A stretch of DNA of 64,000 nt from Bdellovibrionales bacterium (GCA_965261545.1 CBDHDF010000011.1:32001-96000), one strand, 5' to 3'. Shown: positions 52,044-63,303, counted from the first letter of the stretch. Translations and numbers: made by a program. Notes: generated by a model not told the origin, from the letters alone.

Positions 52044-53462
52044 TTATAAGATTTTACGAATAATTTTGTTGCGAAAAGAAAATATTTTTTGAATATCTTT
52101 GGCAATAAAGGAGCCCATGAGTGCATTCCCCAGATATTTCATGGGAGGGCGAAAACACACTTGGTCAGTCATAAGAGTTCCACCAGCAAAGCTTTCAAAC
52201 CGGTGTGTGTGTTCCCACTTGGAATAGGGCCCCTTAAGTTGCACATCGAAAAACCCATGGGGTGGATTCCAATCTTTAATGAGAGTGCGCCATTTCATTG
52301 GAAATCCATGGATTCTTAGCTGATAATCAATTTGGCTCCCAGACTGTATTTCAGGTCGAGTTCCTGATTGTATTTCAGGCTGTATTTTAGAAGTGTCTTC
52401 GCTGAGATTTTTTAAACCGAGAATTTTTAAACGAATCCAAGGGGGTGTGATTTTTTCCAGATTTTCTGTCTTAGAAAAAAAATCAAAAACATCACTTTGA
52501 TTTTTTTTGAGCCAAAGACGATTGTTAAATTCATGGTCATAGGGGTTGTCTGGCAACAGATCTTCAAGGGCTTCAGGTAGCATAGGGTATTTAAAAGGGA
52601 AGTCCATATCCATAAGCCTTTTGGGAAGTACTTTTTGACTGGCCACAATGTATTTGGCGACCTCACCCTGGGTAAGACGTAAGCCCACATAGGGCACGGA
52701 AGGTGATACAAAGCCACCTAGGGTTTCTGCCATGGTCTCTATAAACTTGCGATGGACTGTGGCGTGAGGAGCCGTCAAATTGTAGGTGCCATTGAAAGCA
52801 GAGTTTTCTAAAGCTTCACAAAAAAAGTGAACCACATCTTCCAAATGAATCCAACTCATCCATTGCCGACCATGGCCCAAAGGAGAGCCCAATCCACATC
52901 TAAAAAGGGGGTGAAGCTTTTCAATTAAACCTCCTCCTTTTCCAAGAACCAAACCTATTCTAGCAACAATGCGGCGGCAATGGCTCTCTAGAGAAGATGT
53001 CTCTTCTTCCCAGGCTCTGCACAATTTAGCAAGAAAGTCATTCCCTGAAGGGGTCATTTCAGTGACCTCCCTGTTCTCACAGTCCCCGTAATAACCTATG
53101 GCCGAGGCCGATATGAAACATTTCAAAGTGGAATTTGATGAAAGAAGAGCTTGCACAATGTGTCGAGTTCCCTGAGTGCGTGAATCCCATAATTCCTTCT
53201 TATAAGATGGATTCCAACGCTTCCCAGCAATAGAGGCCCCCGCCAAATGAATCAGAGCCTCGACACCTGAAAAAAGTGCTGGGTCCACTCCCTTCTTCGG
53301 ATCCCAAGTAGCACAATGGTAAGGAGTATGGGAGAATCTTGAGCCAGAAACAGAAGAATTTACGCGTCGAGTTAAAATGCAAACTTCGTGACCTCTGCGT
53401 GCAAGGGCTTCACAGAGCCTATTTCCAATAAAACCTGTCGCCCCCGTGACCAACACCCTCAT
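52044..53462 (-). CDS. TIGR01777 (YfcH-like) oxidoreductase fused to an SRPBCC domain
   Basis: TGATGFIG, SASAIGYYG, QWMSWIHLED; C-terminal NLEKITPP…GPYSKWEHTHRF. Confidence 0.9.
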   Translation of the reverse strand: MRVLVTGATGFIGNRLCEALARRGHEVCILTRRVNSSVSGSRFSHTPYHCATWDPKKGVDPALFSGVEALIHLAGASIAGKRWNPSYKKELWDSRTQGTRHIVQALLSSNSTLKCFISASAIGYYGDCENREVTEMTPSGNDFLAKLCRAWEEETSSLESHCRRIVARIGLVLGKGGGLIEKLHPLFRCGLGSPLGHGRQWMSWIHLEDVVHFFCEALENSAFNGTYNLTAPHATVHRKFIETMAETLGGFVSPSVPYVGLRLTQGEVAKYIVASQKVLPKRLMDMDFPFKYPMLPEALEDLLPDNPYDHEFNNRLWLKKNQSDVFDFFSKTENLEKITPPWIRLKILGLKNLSEDTSKIQPEIQSGTRPEIQSGSQIDYQLRIHGFPMKWRTLIKDWNPPHGFFDVQLKGPYSKWEHTHRFESFAGGTLMTDQVCFRPPMKYLGNALMGSFIAKDIQKIFSFRNKIIRKIL

Positions 53463-53698
53463 ACAACCCCCCTACAATAAAGTATACATACCTTAAAAAA
53501 AAGGTATATATTTATATTGCGCATTCATTACATGGAGGAGGGAAAATTTAACCTTTTATCGCAAAAGTAATACGGAATATGATATAGCCATATAACACAT
53601 ATAGAATAATACATATAAAAGGACATATAGTAAGCATAATAGAGTAGGCATATAGAAAATGAGTAACAAATACAAATAATGATATAATGGGTCACTGA

Positions 53699-54076
53699 AT
53701 GATGAAGCAAGGGATACAAAAATTAAAATCACAGCCAAAGGATTCGGACTCATTGGAGAAACCTTTATATGAAGTCCAAATCGCTGGCATGACTCTCAAG
53801 CTACGCTCATCCCATGATTCAAAGACTGTCGATGAATTGGTTCAAACTGTGAACGATAAGGTTCAAGAAGTGCAAAACCACAGTACGAGAATTTCACCCC
53901 AAAGTGCATTGGTTTTAGCAGGATTGCATTTAGCAGAGGACTTGATCCTCATGAAGCGCTCCGCCCAGTTAGAACTCTGTCAACTAGAAACTCGTGCATG
54001 TGAGATATTATCTGACCTAGATCGAGAGTCTACCACCATATCACAAACAGGCATGGCGATGAAATCAAGCCCATAA
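53699..54076 (+). CDS. zapA: Cell division protein ZapA
   Basis: EVQIAGMTLKLRS…LVLAGLHLAEDL; zapA-ygfA-rny synteny. Confidence 0.85.
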   Translation: MMKQGIQKLKSQPKDSDSLEKPLYEVQIAGMTLKLRSSHDSKTVDELVQTVNDKVQEVQNHSTRISPQSALVLAGLHLAEDLILMKRSAQLELCQLETRACEILSDLDRESTTISQTGMAMKSSP

Positions 54077-54194
54077 ATAAAATGGGAGAGTTTCGTTGTT
54101 GGTCGTAGGTGTCAGTTTTATGCTTTTGAGTGGTATTGTAGAAGGTGTAGGTCAAAATGCAAATCATTTACAGCCCAATCAAAGAGGGCTAGGG

Positions 54195-54887
54195 ATGGAG
54201 TTAGAGCTATGGAATGACAAAGCCAAAGCTCGTAGTTACTTCTCTCAAAAACGAAATGAATTTGTCAAAATCCAAAAGAGACAGGGGACCCTCCCAAGCC
54301 TCTCCTTTCACTTTGGCCAGTACCTACAAAGTCTCTTTGAACAACTCTTCCAAAGAAAAATTAAATCTGAAAAGAGTTCTGAAAAAGAAGATAACTCTAA
54401 ACAAAAATGGGCTTTAAGGGGAGCCTTAGGGGAAACTTCAGCTAACCTGACCATTGCAAGCTACAGGGCCATAGGATCCGAGGTCTCCACAGATAGCTTT
54501 CCAAGCTCCACCCATTCTTGGGCTCAATGGGTTTACCCCAAAATTCAGGGATCTCAGCTTGAATTTTTACAACCCCTAAGCCATACACCTACAGGGTTTG
54601 TTAAAAGTTCTTGGGGAATTGAAGAACCCTGTGAAGGTTCCAGTAAAGTTTCATTGGATAGCATAGATATTATTCTCATTCCCGGAATTGCTTTTGATCG
54701 TCGAGGTCATCGTTTGGGAACAGGCAAGGGATTTTACGATCGAACCTTAAACCATTACCGAGGAGTCAAAGTCGGAATTGCCTACGCCGCACAAATTAGC
54801 TCCAACGACCTTGCGACAGAAGAGCATGACCTTCCCATGGACTACGTTCTCACGGAAAAATATATGCTCAGAAATTTAAAAACTTAA
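54195..54887 (+). CDS. ygfA: 5-formyltetrahydrofolate cyclo-ligase
   Basis: WGIEEP, IPGIAFDRRGHRLGTGKGFYDR, HDLPMD. Confidence 0.92.
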   Translation: MELELWNDKAKARSYFSQKRNEFVKIQKRQGTLPSLSFHFGQYLQSLFEQLFQRKIKSEKSSEKEDNSKQKWALRGALGETSANLTIASYRAIGSEVSTDSFPSSTHSWAQWVYPKIQGSQLEFLQPLSHTPTGFVKSSWGIEEPCEGSSKVSLDSIDIILIPGIAFDRRGHRLGTGKGFYDRTLNHYRGVKVGIAYAAQISSNDLATEEHDLPMDYVLTEKYMLRNLKT

Positions 54888-54906
54888 AAAGGTTAAAGAG
54901 GTTATC

Positions 54907-56490
54907 ATGGAAACATCCGCAATGGTTATTTTAGCTGCAAGCTTTGTCATCGGCATGATGGTGGGTTTTGCCAGTATTTTTATCTATCGAAAAATGTTGG
55001 ATGATAAAAAAAGAGGGTTGGCTCAAAAAGAGGCCCAAAGAATTATAAACCGATCCAAGTCCCAAGCAACTCGCATTGAAAAGGACTCCAAGAAAAAGGC
55101 ATCTGAATTTGAGAATCGAGCCCGACGAAATGTAGAATCAGATATTAGTAAGCAAAAGCAACAAATCAAAAATACGCAAAAGCAGCTGAAAGATAAAGAA
55201 CAACGACTTGAAAGAGACTACAAGAAAAAAGATGATAAATTTAAACGTAAAATGACCCAATTGGAAGAACGCAATGATCAATTAAATGTAGTGGAAAAAA
55301 GAACCACCGACTTAGAGGAGCAAGCCCGCCGCGAAGTCGATATTCTCCAAGATAAATTGGCCAGCATCGGACACATGACCCCTGAACAAGCTCGTGAGGA
55401 ATTAAAGTTAGCTCTTGAAGAGCAAACGAGGCGAAACTTCTCAGGTCACCTTGCTCACATTGAAGATGAAATGAGAGCCGAGGCTCAAAAAAAATCCCTG
55501 AGAATATTAACCACAGCGATTGCCCGGTATGCCAGTGAAGTTTCCACGGAGAGAACAGTGAGCAATGTGGCCCTCATCAGTGATGAAATGAAAGGTAAGA
55601 TCATTGGTCGCGAGGGACGCAATATCCGAGCCCTAGAAGCCGCTTGTGGAGTTGACCTCATTATTGATGAAACTCCTGAGTCTGTTGTCATCTCAAGCTT
55701 TGACCCTGTAAGACGAGAAATTGCACGCCTGACTCTTATAAGGCTCATGGAGGATGGGCGTGTTCATCCCGCCCGTATTGAAGAAGTTGTGACAAAGGTG
55801 AAGTCAGACCTTTTTAACACGATTAAAGAGGACGGCGAAAAGGCGTGTTTTGATGCAGGTATTCACGGCGTCCATCCCGCTATTATCAACCTTCTCGGTG
55901 GCTTAAAATACAGACATTCAGGGGTTCAAAATCTTTACAAACATAGCCTTGAGGTCTCCCATATTTCAGGTCTTATCGCCGCCGAGGTGGGTTGTGACCA
56001 AAAACTTGCAAAAAGAGCCGGCCTTCTCCATGCCATTGGTAAGTGCATTGATCACTCTGTGCAGGGAAGTTACGCCGAAGTTGGAGCTGATTTCGCAAAA
56101 CGTCATAGTGAAAAGAGAGCGATCGTGCAAGCTATACGCTTTCATTGTGGAACACAAGAGTCGCAAACCCTTCTGGGCCACATTATCCAGGCCGCCAATA
56201 ATTTAGCTGAAGCTCGCCCTGGAGCCCGAGCCTCCACCATGGAGTCTTACATTAAAAGACTCAGCGACTTAGAGTCCATTGGCAATAGCTTTGATGGTGT
56301 CTTACGAACTTTTGCCATCCAGTCAGGCAAAGAGATACGTGTCCTTGTGGACAGTGGAAAAATCACAGACAACCAATCCCAAATGCTCACCCGCGATATC
56401 GCAAGAAAAGTCGAGCGTGAACTCAACTATCCAGGTCAAATCAAGGTCTCTGTGATTCGCGAAACTCGAATTGTAGAAAACGCAAGATAA
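54907..56490 (+). CDS. rny: Ribonuclease Y (HD motif degenerate)
   Basis: N-terminal TM, coiled coil, KH domain ([16 protein letters not shown]), [19 protein letters not shown]. Confidence 0.95.
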   Translation: METSAMVILAASFVIGMMVGFASIFIYRKMLDDKKRGLAQKEAQRIINRSKSQATRIEKDSKKKASEFENRARRNVESDISKQKQQIKNTQKQLKDKEQRLERDYKKKDDKFKRKMTQLEERNDQLNVVEKRTTDLEEQARREVDILQDKLASIGHMTPEQAREELKLALEEQTRRNFSGHLAHIEDEMRAEAQKKSLRILTTAIARYASEVSTERTVSNVALISDEMKGKIIGREGRNIRALEAACGVDLIIDETPESVVISSFDPVRREIARLTLIRLMEDGRVHPARIEEVVTKVKSDLFNTIKEDGEKACFDAGIHGVHPAIINLLGGLKYRHSGVQNLYKHSLEVSHISGLIAAEVGCDQKLAKRAGLLHAIGKCIDHSVQGSYAEVGADFAKRHSEKRAIVQAIRFHCGTQESQTLLGHIIQAANNLAEARPGARASTMESYIKRLSDLESIGNSFDGVLRTFAIQSGKEIRVLVDSGKITDNQSQMLTRDIARKVERELNYPGQIKVSVIRETRIVENAR

Positions 56491-56491
56491 A

Positions 56492-57754
56492 ATGCAAGAT
56501 AAAACGCAAAATAATAAAAGGTTCACACCCTCTTTCACACTCTCTCCAGAAGAACAGTTGCGAGAACTTAAAAAAGGAGTTGTCGACTTTATCTCCGAAG
56601 AAGAACTTTTAAAAAAACTCACCGACTCCTACAAAAGCCAAAAACCACTGCGTATTAAAGTCGGCTTTGACCCTTCAAAACCCGATCTCCACCTTGGGCA
56701 TACCGTCGTTATAAATAAAATGAAGCAATTCCAAGACCTTGGGCATCAAGTGATTTTTCTCATCGGAGACTTTACGGGGCTTATTGGAGATCCCACAGGT
56801 AAAAATGAAACTCGCCCCGTCTTAACAAAGCAGAACGTTCAAGACAATGCTCAAACATATGCACAACAAGTCTATCGCATTCTTAAACCTGAACTTACAG
56901 AAATTGCCTATAACTCCCAGTGGATGAATCGACTTTCATCCACTGACTTCATCCATTTGACCTCTCGATACACCATTGCAAGAATGCTAGAACGAGATGA
57001 TTTTGAGAAACGCTACAAAAACCAAGAGTCCATTTGTATTCACGAGTTTTTATACCCCTTGGTGCAAGCCTATGATTCCGTCGCTTTAAAGGCTGATGTG
57101 GAACTCGGAGGAGTTGATCAAAAGTTTAATCTTCTTGTAGGACGTGACATTCAGAAGTCCTATGGTATGAACCCCCAGTGCATTTTAACTGTCCCTATTC
57201 TCGAAGGCTTGGACGGCACTCAAAAGATGTCCAAAAGTTTAAACAACTACATTGCAATTCAAGACTCTTCCAAAGAAATGTTTGGAAAAATCATGCGCCT
57301 TACAGATGAACTAATGATACGCTACTATGAATTGCTCACCGACAAAACAGTAAGTGAAATGGAAGACCTCCAAAAAAACCTTATGTCAGGAAATTTACAC
57401 CCTCGTAGGGCTAAAGTGGGATTGGCAAAAATTTTTGTGAAACGCTTTCACAGTGAAGAAGCCGCTGAAAATGCAGAAAAAGAATTCGATAGAATTTTTG
57501 TCAACAAAGGGCTTCCCGATGACATCCCTGAACACTCACTCAAATGCGAAGAAAGTGTATCTCTATGCCACCTTATGGTGGACCTGAACTTGGCCGTTTC
57601 CAACAGTGAGGCCCGACGACTTATTCAAGGAGGAGGCGTTCAAATAGAGGGAAAAAAGATTCATGACCCTCAAATGAAGTTAAACCTGAGCAAGGGAGAT
57701 ACCTTTATTGTCCGCTCAGGTAAGAAGAAATTTGCAAAGGTGGTTGTATCGTGA
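56492..57754 (+). CDS. tyrS: Tyrosine--tRNA ligase
   Basis: GFDP…HLGH, KMSKS and C-terminal S4 domain. Confidence 0.98.
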   Translation: MQDKTQNNKRFTPSFTLSPEEQLRELKKGVVDFISEEELLKKLTDSYKSQKPLRIKVGFDPSKPDLHLGHTVVINKMKQFQDLGHQVIFLIGDFTGLIGDPTGKNETRPVLTKQNVQDNAQTYAQQVYRILKPELTEIAYNSQWMNRLSSTDFIHLTSRYTIARMLERDDFEKRYKNQESICIHEFLYPLVQAYDSVALKADVELGGVDQKFNLLVGRDIQKSYGMNPQCILTVPILEGLDGTQKMSKSLNNYIAIQDSSKEMFGKIMRLTDELMIRYYELLTDKTVSEMEDLQKNLMSGNLHPRRAKVGLAKIFVKRFHSEEAAENAEKEFDRIFVNKGLPDDIPEHSLKCEESVSLCHLMVDLNLAVSNSEARRLIQGGGVQIEGKKIHDPQMKLNLSKGDTFIVRSGKKKFAKVVVS

Positions 57755-58407
57755 AAGTTAAATTTATACCCCAAAATGTTGAGTACGAGATTGAACCGGG
57801 TGAGTCCATTATGAAATTAGCTCACAAAAAGGGCCTTCCCATACGATCTGTTTGTAACGGAATCCCATCTTGTGCCGAGTGCCGTGTGCATATCATTGAA
57901 GGGGAACACAATATTACCCCTCCTTCCTCCAAGGAAATCAGCCTCATTGGAACAGGCCATTTTATAGACCACAGAAGACTCTCTTGCCAGACTCAATGTT
58001 TTGGAGATGTGACGATCGATTTGTCAGAGCAAATTGAAACTGAAAAAATCTATGGATCTCAACGTCCCCAAGGCTCTCTCAAAAAAGAGAGCACGGAAGA
58101 GTCCTTGGCTGTCACTGGCAATCTCATCGATCAAGATAAAGACCTTCTCAGTGAAAACGATGATTTGGATGAAGATGAGGAAAACGATGATTTGAATGAG
58201 CAGAATGAAGGTCACCCAGGAGATCGCTCCGTCCTCAATGAAGTCGATGAGATCGATAAGGCTCACAACATGAGGGAGAGTAAAAAAAGGAATCGAAAAC
58301 AAGATCGAGATCACAATAGAAATAGAAACTCAAATAAAAATAAAGGCTCAAGAGGCCACTCTCACAAGACCAAAGAGTCTTCCCAAAAGGGTCCTTCCAA
58401 AAAGTGA
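57751..58407 (+). CDS. 2Fe-2S ferredoxin-domain protein with long charged tail
   Basis: [10 protein letters not shown]…RLSCQ; GTG start overlaps the tyrS stop. Confidence 0.88.
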   Translation: MKVKFIPQNVEYEIEPGESIMKLAHKKGLPIRSVCNGIPSCAECRVHIIEGEHNITPPSSKEISLIGTGHFIDHRRLSCQTQCFGDVTIDLSEQIETEKIYGSQRPQGSLKKESTEESLAVTGNLIDQDKDLLSENDDLDEDEENDDLNEQNEGHPGDRSVLNEVDEIDKAHNMRESKKRNRKQDRDHNRNRNSNKNKGSRGHSHKTKESSQKGPSKK

Positions 58408-58499
58408 CCTTTTCCAAAGAGACTTTCCCAAAAGAGGCTCTCCAAAAAGAGACTCTCTCAAAAGAGGCTCTCCAAAAAGAGACTCTCCAAAATTGAGAC
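58380..58499. repeat. Degenerate tandem repeat, 8 x 15 bp (consensus ~CTCCAAAAAGAGACT)
   Basis: Units read directly; the array spans the ferredoxin stop and the nucleosidase start. Confidence 0.92.
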
Positions 58500-59245
58500 G
58501 GCTTGTGGTATCACCCTTAAAGTGGGAACATAACCTTCTCATTCAATCTTTGGAAGACTTAGGGTTCCAATCACAAAAACAACAAACTCCCAAAGAGCAA
58601 AAGACTCCGCAAAATTCATCTCTACAAATTGCAATCTTTAAAAGCCTAGAAACCATGTGTGTACAGGGAGGGCATGGTAAGGTAAACTTTTTCTCGAACA
58701 CTGGCCACTATTTAAGAAAGTATAAAGGTATCAAAGAAGTCATTGCACTCGGAACTTGTGGATCTTTAAATGAAAAACTTCAAGTGGGCCATGTTGTTAT
58801 TGGTAGTGCCAGCGTAGAGCATGATAAAAAAATTCATGCCCCAGGAGGAGAGCTTCCAAAGTTCTTTCCCCACAAGGATTGGTTGGAAAGAATCAAGGGC
58901 CATTTGGTGGAAAGGCCTTTTTGCTCTCTAGGCGTCATTGCCAGTGGTGATGAAGATATCCTAAGTCGAGAACGAGCCCTTGAATTAAGAAATCAAACGG
59001 GTGCTGACGTCGTTGCTTGGGAAGGGGCAGGAGGAGCCAAAGCCTGCCAAAAGGCTAAAGTCAATTACATAGAGATTCGAGGAGTCACCGATAGACCCTG
59101 CCAATCATATCAAGTATCTCCAAACCAATTACGAAAAATCTTTAAAGAAAATCTACCTCAAGTCATGAAAAAATTAGCACAGGTTCTCATTAATCTCCCT
59201 CCATCAAAGGACGAGGGGGAACCATCCCCATCAAGCAGGCGTTGA
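58493..59245 (+). CDS. MTA/SAH nucleosidase family protein
   Basis: GTCGSL, EHD, IASGD, WEGAG, IRGVTD; TTG start. Confidence 0.8.
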   Translation: MRRLVVSPLKWEHNLLIQSLEDLGFQSQKQQTPKEQKTPQNSSLQIAIFKSLETMCVQGGHGKVNFFSNTGHYLRKYKGIKEVIALGTCGSLNEKLQVGHVVIGSASVEHDKKIHAPGGELPKFFPHKDWLERIKGHLVERPFCSLGVIASGDEDILSRERALELRNQTGADVVAWEGAGGAKACQKAKVNYIEIRGVTDRPCQSYQVSPNQLRKIFKENLPQVMKKLAQVLINLPPSKDEGEPSPSSRR

Positions 59246-59304
59246 GTTCATCGAAGGGGGCGAGCCACGAGAATTGATAATTGATATAGGAGTTTGCTCA
59301 TATC

Positions 59305-60717
59305 ATGAAGAAAGTTGTTGTCATAGGCGGAGGTTTTACTGGGCTTACGACAGCCTATTACCTAGTTCGTGCGGGGTTTCATGTGGAGATTCATGAGAAA
59401 TCCCCCTCATGGGGGGGCCTCATCCACACCCATCACAATGATTTCGGAATGATTGAGACGGCAGCCAATGGAATTCTTAAGACCCCTCAACTGGTTGAAC
59501 TTTGCAAAAATATTGGCGTTTCTCTGATAACAACCACTGAAAAAAGTCGAAAGCGATGGATTTACCGTAACAGCCCTCAAAGGTGGCCCTTAAATTGGAG
59601 TGAATCCCTCCGCCTTTTTCCCTCCCTTGTTTCGCTGCTTTTGAATAAGAAAAAACATCGCCCCCGAGAGGGAGAGACTATTTCTCAATGGACTCAGAAA
59701 AATCTCTCCGCTGCTGCCCTTCAGTATTTAGTGGCTCCGGCCCTACAAGGTGTGTATGCAGGAGATCCTAGTCAAATGAGTGCTCAACTGGTTCTGGAAA
59801 AATTCTTTGCTGCCCCCAAAGCGAGACATCGAAAAGAAAAACGAGAGAGACCATGCACAGTGGCCCCCAAGGGTGGTATGGGAGAAATGATTCAACATCT
59901 TGTCACCTGGCTCCATCAGCAAGATGCCTCACTTTGCTTGAACTCGACTTATAGGTTTTCTCAGCCCTTTTCCCAACCGCTTTCTTGCCCCCATGTGGTT
60001 GCCACGGGCCTCAAAGCGACAGCCTCCTTAATAGAGCCCCTCGCCCCCAACCTGTCCCAAAAATTCTCTGAAGTAGAAACATACTCTCTCGTATCGACAA
60101 CGATATTTTTGAGTTCATCAAACCCACCAAACCCATCCAACCCATCAAGCTCACCAGGCCCCAGCCCACCAAGCCCATTGAGTCCACCTCGTTCATCAGA
60201 CTCACCAAGCCCAGCAAATAGTTTCCATGGTTTTGGATGTCTCTTTCCCACCTCTGAGAATTTCTTTCACCTTGGGGTCTTATTCAACGATTGTATTTTC
60301 GATCACCGAAGTTCATCTTGTCGCTCAGAAACATGGATGACCGGGGGGGCCTTTAACCCCAAATCTCTAGACTGTTCGGATCAGGAGATTTTACAGTGGA
60401 TTCTTAAAGATCGCCAAAAAATGTATGGACAAAAAGCTCTCGCGAACCCTCACAGTGGTGGTAGTTATGGGAGTCAAAAAGTTTTATTCTCTAAAACGAC
60501 TCGATGGCCCGATGCTCTTCCCAGCTATGGCTTTCAACTAGAATGTGCCCTGAAAGAATCTTCAAAGGCCAATCTATGTGGTCTCTACTTCAATGGTAAC
60601 TATATGGGGGGCATAGGCTTGAGCCGAATTCTTGATCGAGCTTCTCAACTCCCCGACCAACTTCAAGGGGAGATGTCTCCTGAGAAGAAATCTCCTAGCG
60701 AAAGAAACGATAAATGA
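59305..60717 (+). CDS. hemY: Protoporphyrinogen/coproporphyrinogen oxidase (HemY-type)
   Basis: GGGFTGL FAD motif, GVYAGDP, GFGCL, RWPDALPSY, GIGL. Confidence 0.88.
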   Translation: MKKVVVIGGGFTGLTTAYYLVRAGFHVEIHEKSPSWGGLIHTHHNDFGMIETAANGILKTPQLVELCKNIGVSLITTTEKSRKRWIYRNSPQRWPLNWSESLRLFPSLVSLLLNKKKHRPREGETISQWTQKNLSAAALQYLVAPALQGVYAGDPSQMSAQLVLEKFFAAPKARHRKEKRERPCTVAPKGGMGEMIQHLVTWLHQQDASLCLNSTYRFSQPFSQPLSCPHVVATGLKATASLIEPLAPNLSQKFSEVETYSLVSTTIFLSSSNPPNPSNPSSSPGPSPPSPLSPPRSSDSPSPANSFHGFGCLFPTSENFFHLGVLFNDCIFDHRSSSCRSETWMTGGAFNPKSLDCSDQEILQWILKDRQKMYGQKALANPHSGGSYGSQKVLFSKTTRWPDALPSYGFQLECALKESSKANLCGLYFNGNYMGGIGLSRILDRASQLPDQLQGEMSPEKKSPSERNDK

Positions 60718-61372
60718 GAACGGATAGCACGAGGCCAGGAATGCCTATTCCCACAAGATTCCTAAGCTCAGGTCTCATAAGCCCTAAAAAGACAATTCCT
60801 CCGTTGAATAAACTCATCCATGCAAAAATAGAGGAGCAACGAAAAAAAGTCTTTTTCTTTTTATCAGAACTTTTTGGTGACAAACTGTCACTGAGTTTGA
60901 GTTCTTTTCTAAGCTCTTTCCTAGGTTCTTCCCTAAGTGCCGTTCCAGAAGCTGTTATGAGCTTCTTGCTCTTTGTTTTTTCTTGAAAGGAAATGCCCCG
61001 CAGAAAATGTTCTTTGAAAAACAGGTCTGACTTATTAGAATCTCTTGGAGAGAGTGAAAAGGGGTCCGAAGTGGCATCCACCCAAAATTTTGTTTTACAA
61101 TAATAGCACTGGAATTTAGGAGTTTTTTCTTCTATGACATGGGAACTGGTATGGTATGTTTTTAAACACTCCGGACATTTCACTCTCTGATGTCTCACCT
61201 TTAAAGCCGGCTCTTTTTCAGAGACCACCTTACTTTCAGAAGGCACTTCACTTTCAGAAGACACTTTACTTTCAGAAGACACTTTATTTTCAAAAGACAC
61301 TTGGTTCTCAAAAGACACCTTGCCTTCAGGAGGTCCCTTGACTCCATTATTCATCTCAACCCAATTTCCCAC
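60695..61372 (-). CDS. Zinc-ribbon (MJ0042-like) membrane protein
   Basis: CPEC…CYYC followed by two C-terminal TM segments. Confidence 0.7.
   Translation of the reverse strand: MGNWVEMNNGVKGPPEGKVSFENQVSFENKVSSESKVSSESEVPSESKVVSEKEPALKVRHQRVKCPECLKTYHTSSHVIEEKTPKFQCYYCKTKFWVDATSDPFSLSPRDSNKSDLFFKEHFLRGISFQEKTKSKKLITASGTALREEPRKELRKELKLSDSLSPKSSDKKKKTFFRCSSIFAWMSLFNGGIVFLGLMRPELRNLVGIGIPGLVLSVLIYRFFR
61213..61338. repeat. In-frame tandem repeat, 7 x 18 bp (KVSSES-like)
   Basis: Units such as TACTTTCAGAAGACACTT read directly. Confidence 0.92.
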
Positions 61373-61551
61373 TATCTTCCCCTAGAGAGCGAAGTCCCTC
61401 TTCCTTAACAAAAACAAATATCTTTAACAAATATCATTAAATTTCATTAGCAAATACCCTTAAAAGGTATTATAAGTCATGTCTACAAAAAATCGTTTAA
61501 ATAGTTATAATAGGGTGTAAATTTAGTACAAATAGAGGTAATTTAAGACTT

Positions 61552-63303
61552 ATGTCGAGTGTTGCAAGAGCGTTCTCCTTTTTCACTTCCTTTCTAAAGA
61601 CCTATCAGCTTTCCATATGGTCGGGAATTCTTATTGGAACAAGCTATATCCCATTGCCCCCTTGGGCCTGCTTATTTCTATTTGTGCCTCTCTGGCTTCA
61701 GTGGCAAAGATCTCGCTCTTTTAAAGAAGTGTTTATGGCCGGTTGGATCACTCAATTTATTTTAACTTTGATTGGTTTTTACTGGGTGGCGCACACGATT
61801 CACGAATTTGGACAACTCCCTATGCCCCTATCCTATTTAGGACTTTTTCTCTTTTGTAGCTTTGCCAACCTCTATATTCCTCTTTCTGGAGTCATATGGT
61901 TTAAGTTCCGCTCCTTTGCTGGAGGCAAAGCTCCAAGCCTTCTTACTCTTCTCACTCTTCCGATGATCCTTTGGCTTATGGAAACCTTTACTCCTACGAT
62001 TTTTAAATGGAACTTTGGTTATTCACTATTTTGGACCGGGCTTCCCATGTTTCATCTCGCTGAGTACATTGGAGCCCAAGGTTTAAGTGCCATCGTCATT
62101 TTTAGCAATCTCCTTTCTCTGATGATGTGGAGTCAACGCCACCACTTGAGAAATGTTCTCAAATGGAGCCTTCTTTTGCTTGCCCTTATTATAGGGGCCA
62201 ATGTGATAGGATGGAGTACCTCCCAAAACCTCTCCCCACCCGATGAAAATCTCCATGTCCTTATTGTTCAAGCTAATATTGGAAACATGAAAAAAATGTA
62301 TGCCAAAAAAGGCTATGGCTTTAGAAACCATATTATCAATAAGTATATTCAAATAACCCATGCAGGTATTCAGAATTTTAAAGATCGCCAAAACCAAAGC
62401 CATAAAAATTCACAAGATTACGAAAGCCAACCCCATTCCGAAAATAAAAAAACGATTGATTTTGTCGTCTGGCCAGAAACAGCTTTTCCCAACACCTTGG
62501 GAAGGTCCTACGACCGTAATTTTCAGGCTCGCAAACTTTTTCAAATGATTCGTGAAACTCAAACACCTATGGTCATGGGCTCTTACAGTCGCAGCCCCGG
62601 AGGCCGCACCACAAACTCCATTTTCTTCATCAATGAAAGGGCTGAGTACATGAGTCCCCCCTATCACAAAACCCACCTTTTGGCCTTTGGAGAATACTTG
62701 CCCTTAAGCTCCTATTTTCCCATACTGAGAAAATGGCTGCCCCAAGTGGGAAACTTTCAGCAAGGAGATGGACCCCAAACCCAGGTTTTTCTTCGCCCCC
62801 CTTCCCAAAGCTCAGAACAAAATCCACAAACGGCAAAAAATCAAGGGCCGGTAAGAAGTCATGTAAAAATTGGCCCACAAATCTGCTATGAATCGCTTTT
62901 TCCAAATTTCTCCATTGCCCTAGCCAACCAAGGCGCCCAAGTGATTGTCAATGTGACCAATGACTCTTGGTATGGGTCTCAACAAGAGCCATACCAACAT
63001 CTCTATATGACCCTGATGCGAGCTGTTGAGCTAAGAAGGCCCCTGATACGATCCACCAACACAGGCATTTCAACGGTGGCTCTTGCCAGCGGAGAAGTTT
63101 TAGAAACTTCTCCCATCTACAAGGAGTGGAGCCATACTTTTAAAGTTCCCTACGCCTCTCAACCCAAGGTGACAATATATCAAGCTTTTCCTTGGCTCCT
63201 TCCTTTTGTTGTGTTTATGTTACTTCTTTTCGTGCTTACATGGACCTACATCAAGGACTCAACAATAAGAAATAAGAAAACCAAAACAATAAGAAAACAA
63301 TGA
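61552..63303 (+). CDS. lnt: Apolipoprotein N-acyltransferase
   Basis: WPETA, KTHLLAFGEY, ICYES, TNDSWY, RSTNTGIS. Confidence 0.97.
   Translation: MSSVARAFSFFTSFLKTYQLSIWSGILIGTSYIPLPPWACLFLFVPLWLQWQRSRSFKEVFMAGWITQFILTLIGFYWVAHTIHEFGQLPMPLSYLGLFLFCSFANLYIPLSGVIWFKFRSFAGGKAPSLLTLLTLPMILWLMETFTPTIFKWNFGYSLFWTGLPMFHLAEYIGAQGLSAIVIFSNLLSLMMWSQRHHLRNVLKWSLLLLALIIGANVIGWSTSQNLSPPDENLHVLIVQANIGNMKKMYAKKGYGFRNHIINKYIQITHAGIQNFKDRQNQSHKNSQDYESQPHSENKKTIDFVVWPETAFPNTLGRSYDRNFQARKLFQMIRETQTPMVMGSYSRSPGGRTTNSIFFINERAEYMSPPYHKTHLLAFGEYLPLSSYFPILRKWLPQVGNFQQGDGPQTQVFLRPPSQSSEQNPQTAKNQGPVRSHVKIGPQICYESLFPNFSIALANQGAQVIVNVTNDSWYGSQQEPYQHLYMTLMRAVELRRPLIRSTNTGISTVALASGEVLETSPIYKEWSHTFKVPYASQPKVTIYQAFPWLLPFVVFMLLLFVLTWTYIKDSTIRNKKTKTIRKQ

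Noticed and set aside
53463..53753. Short Tyr/Ile-rich ORFs on the minus strand
   Set aside because: Artefacts of AT-rich low-complexity intergenic DNA.
54077..54194. 6S RNA (ssrS) expected between zapA and ygfA
   Set aside because: The gap is only ~118 nt and I could not see the long rod-like self-complementarity; an Infernal search would be needed.
58380..58499. CRISPR-like array
   Set aside because: Contiguous 15-bp units without unique spacers; no cas genes in the window.
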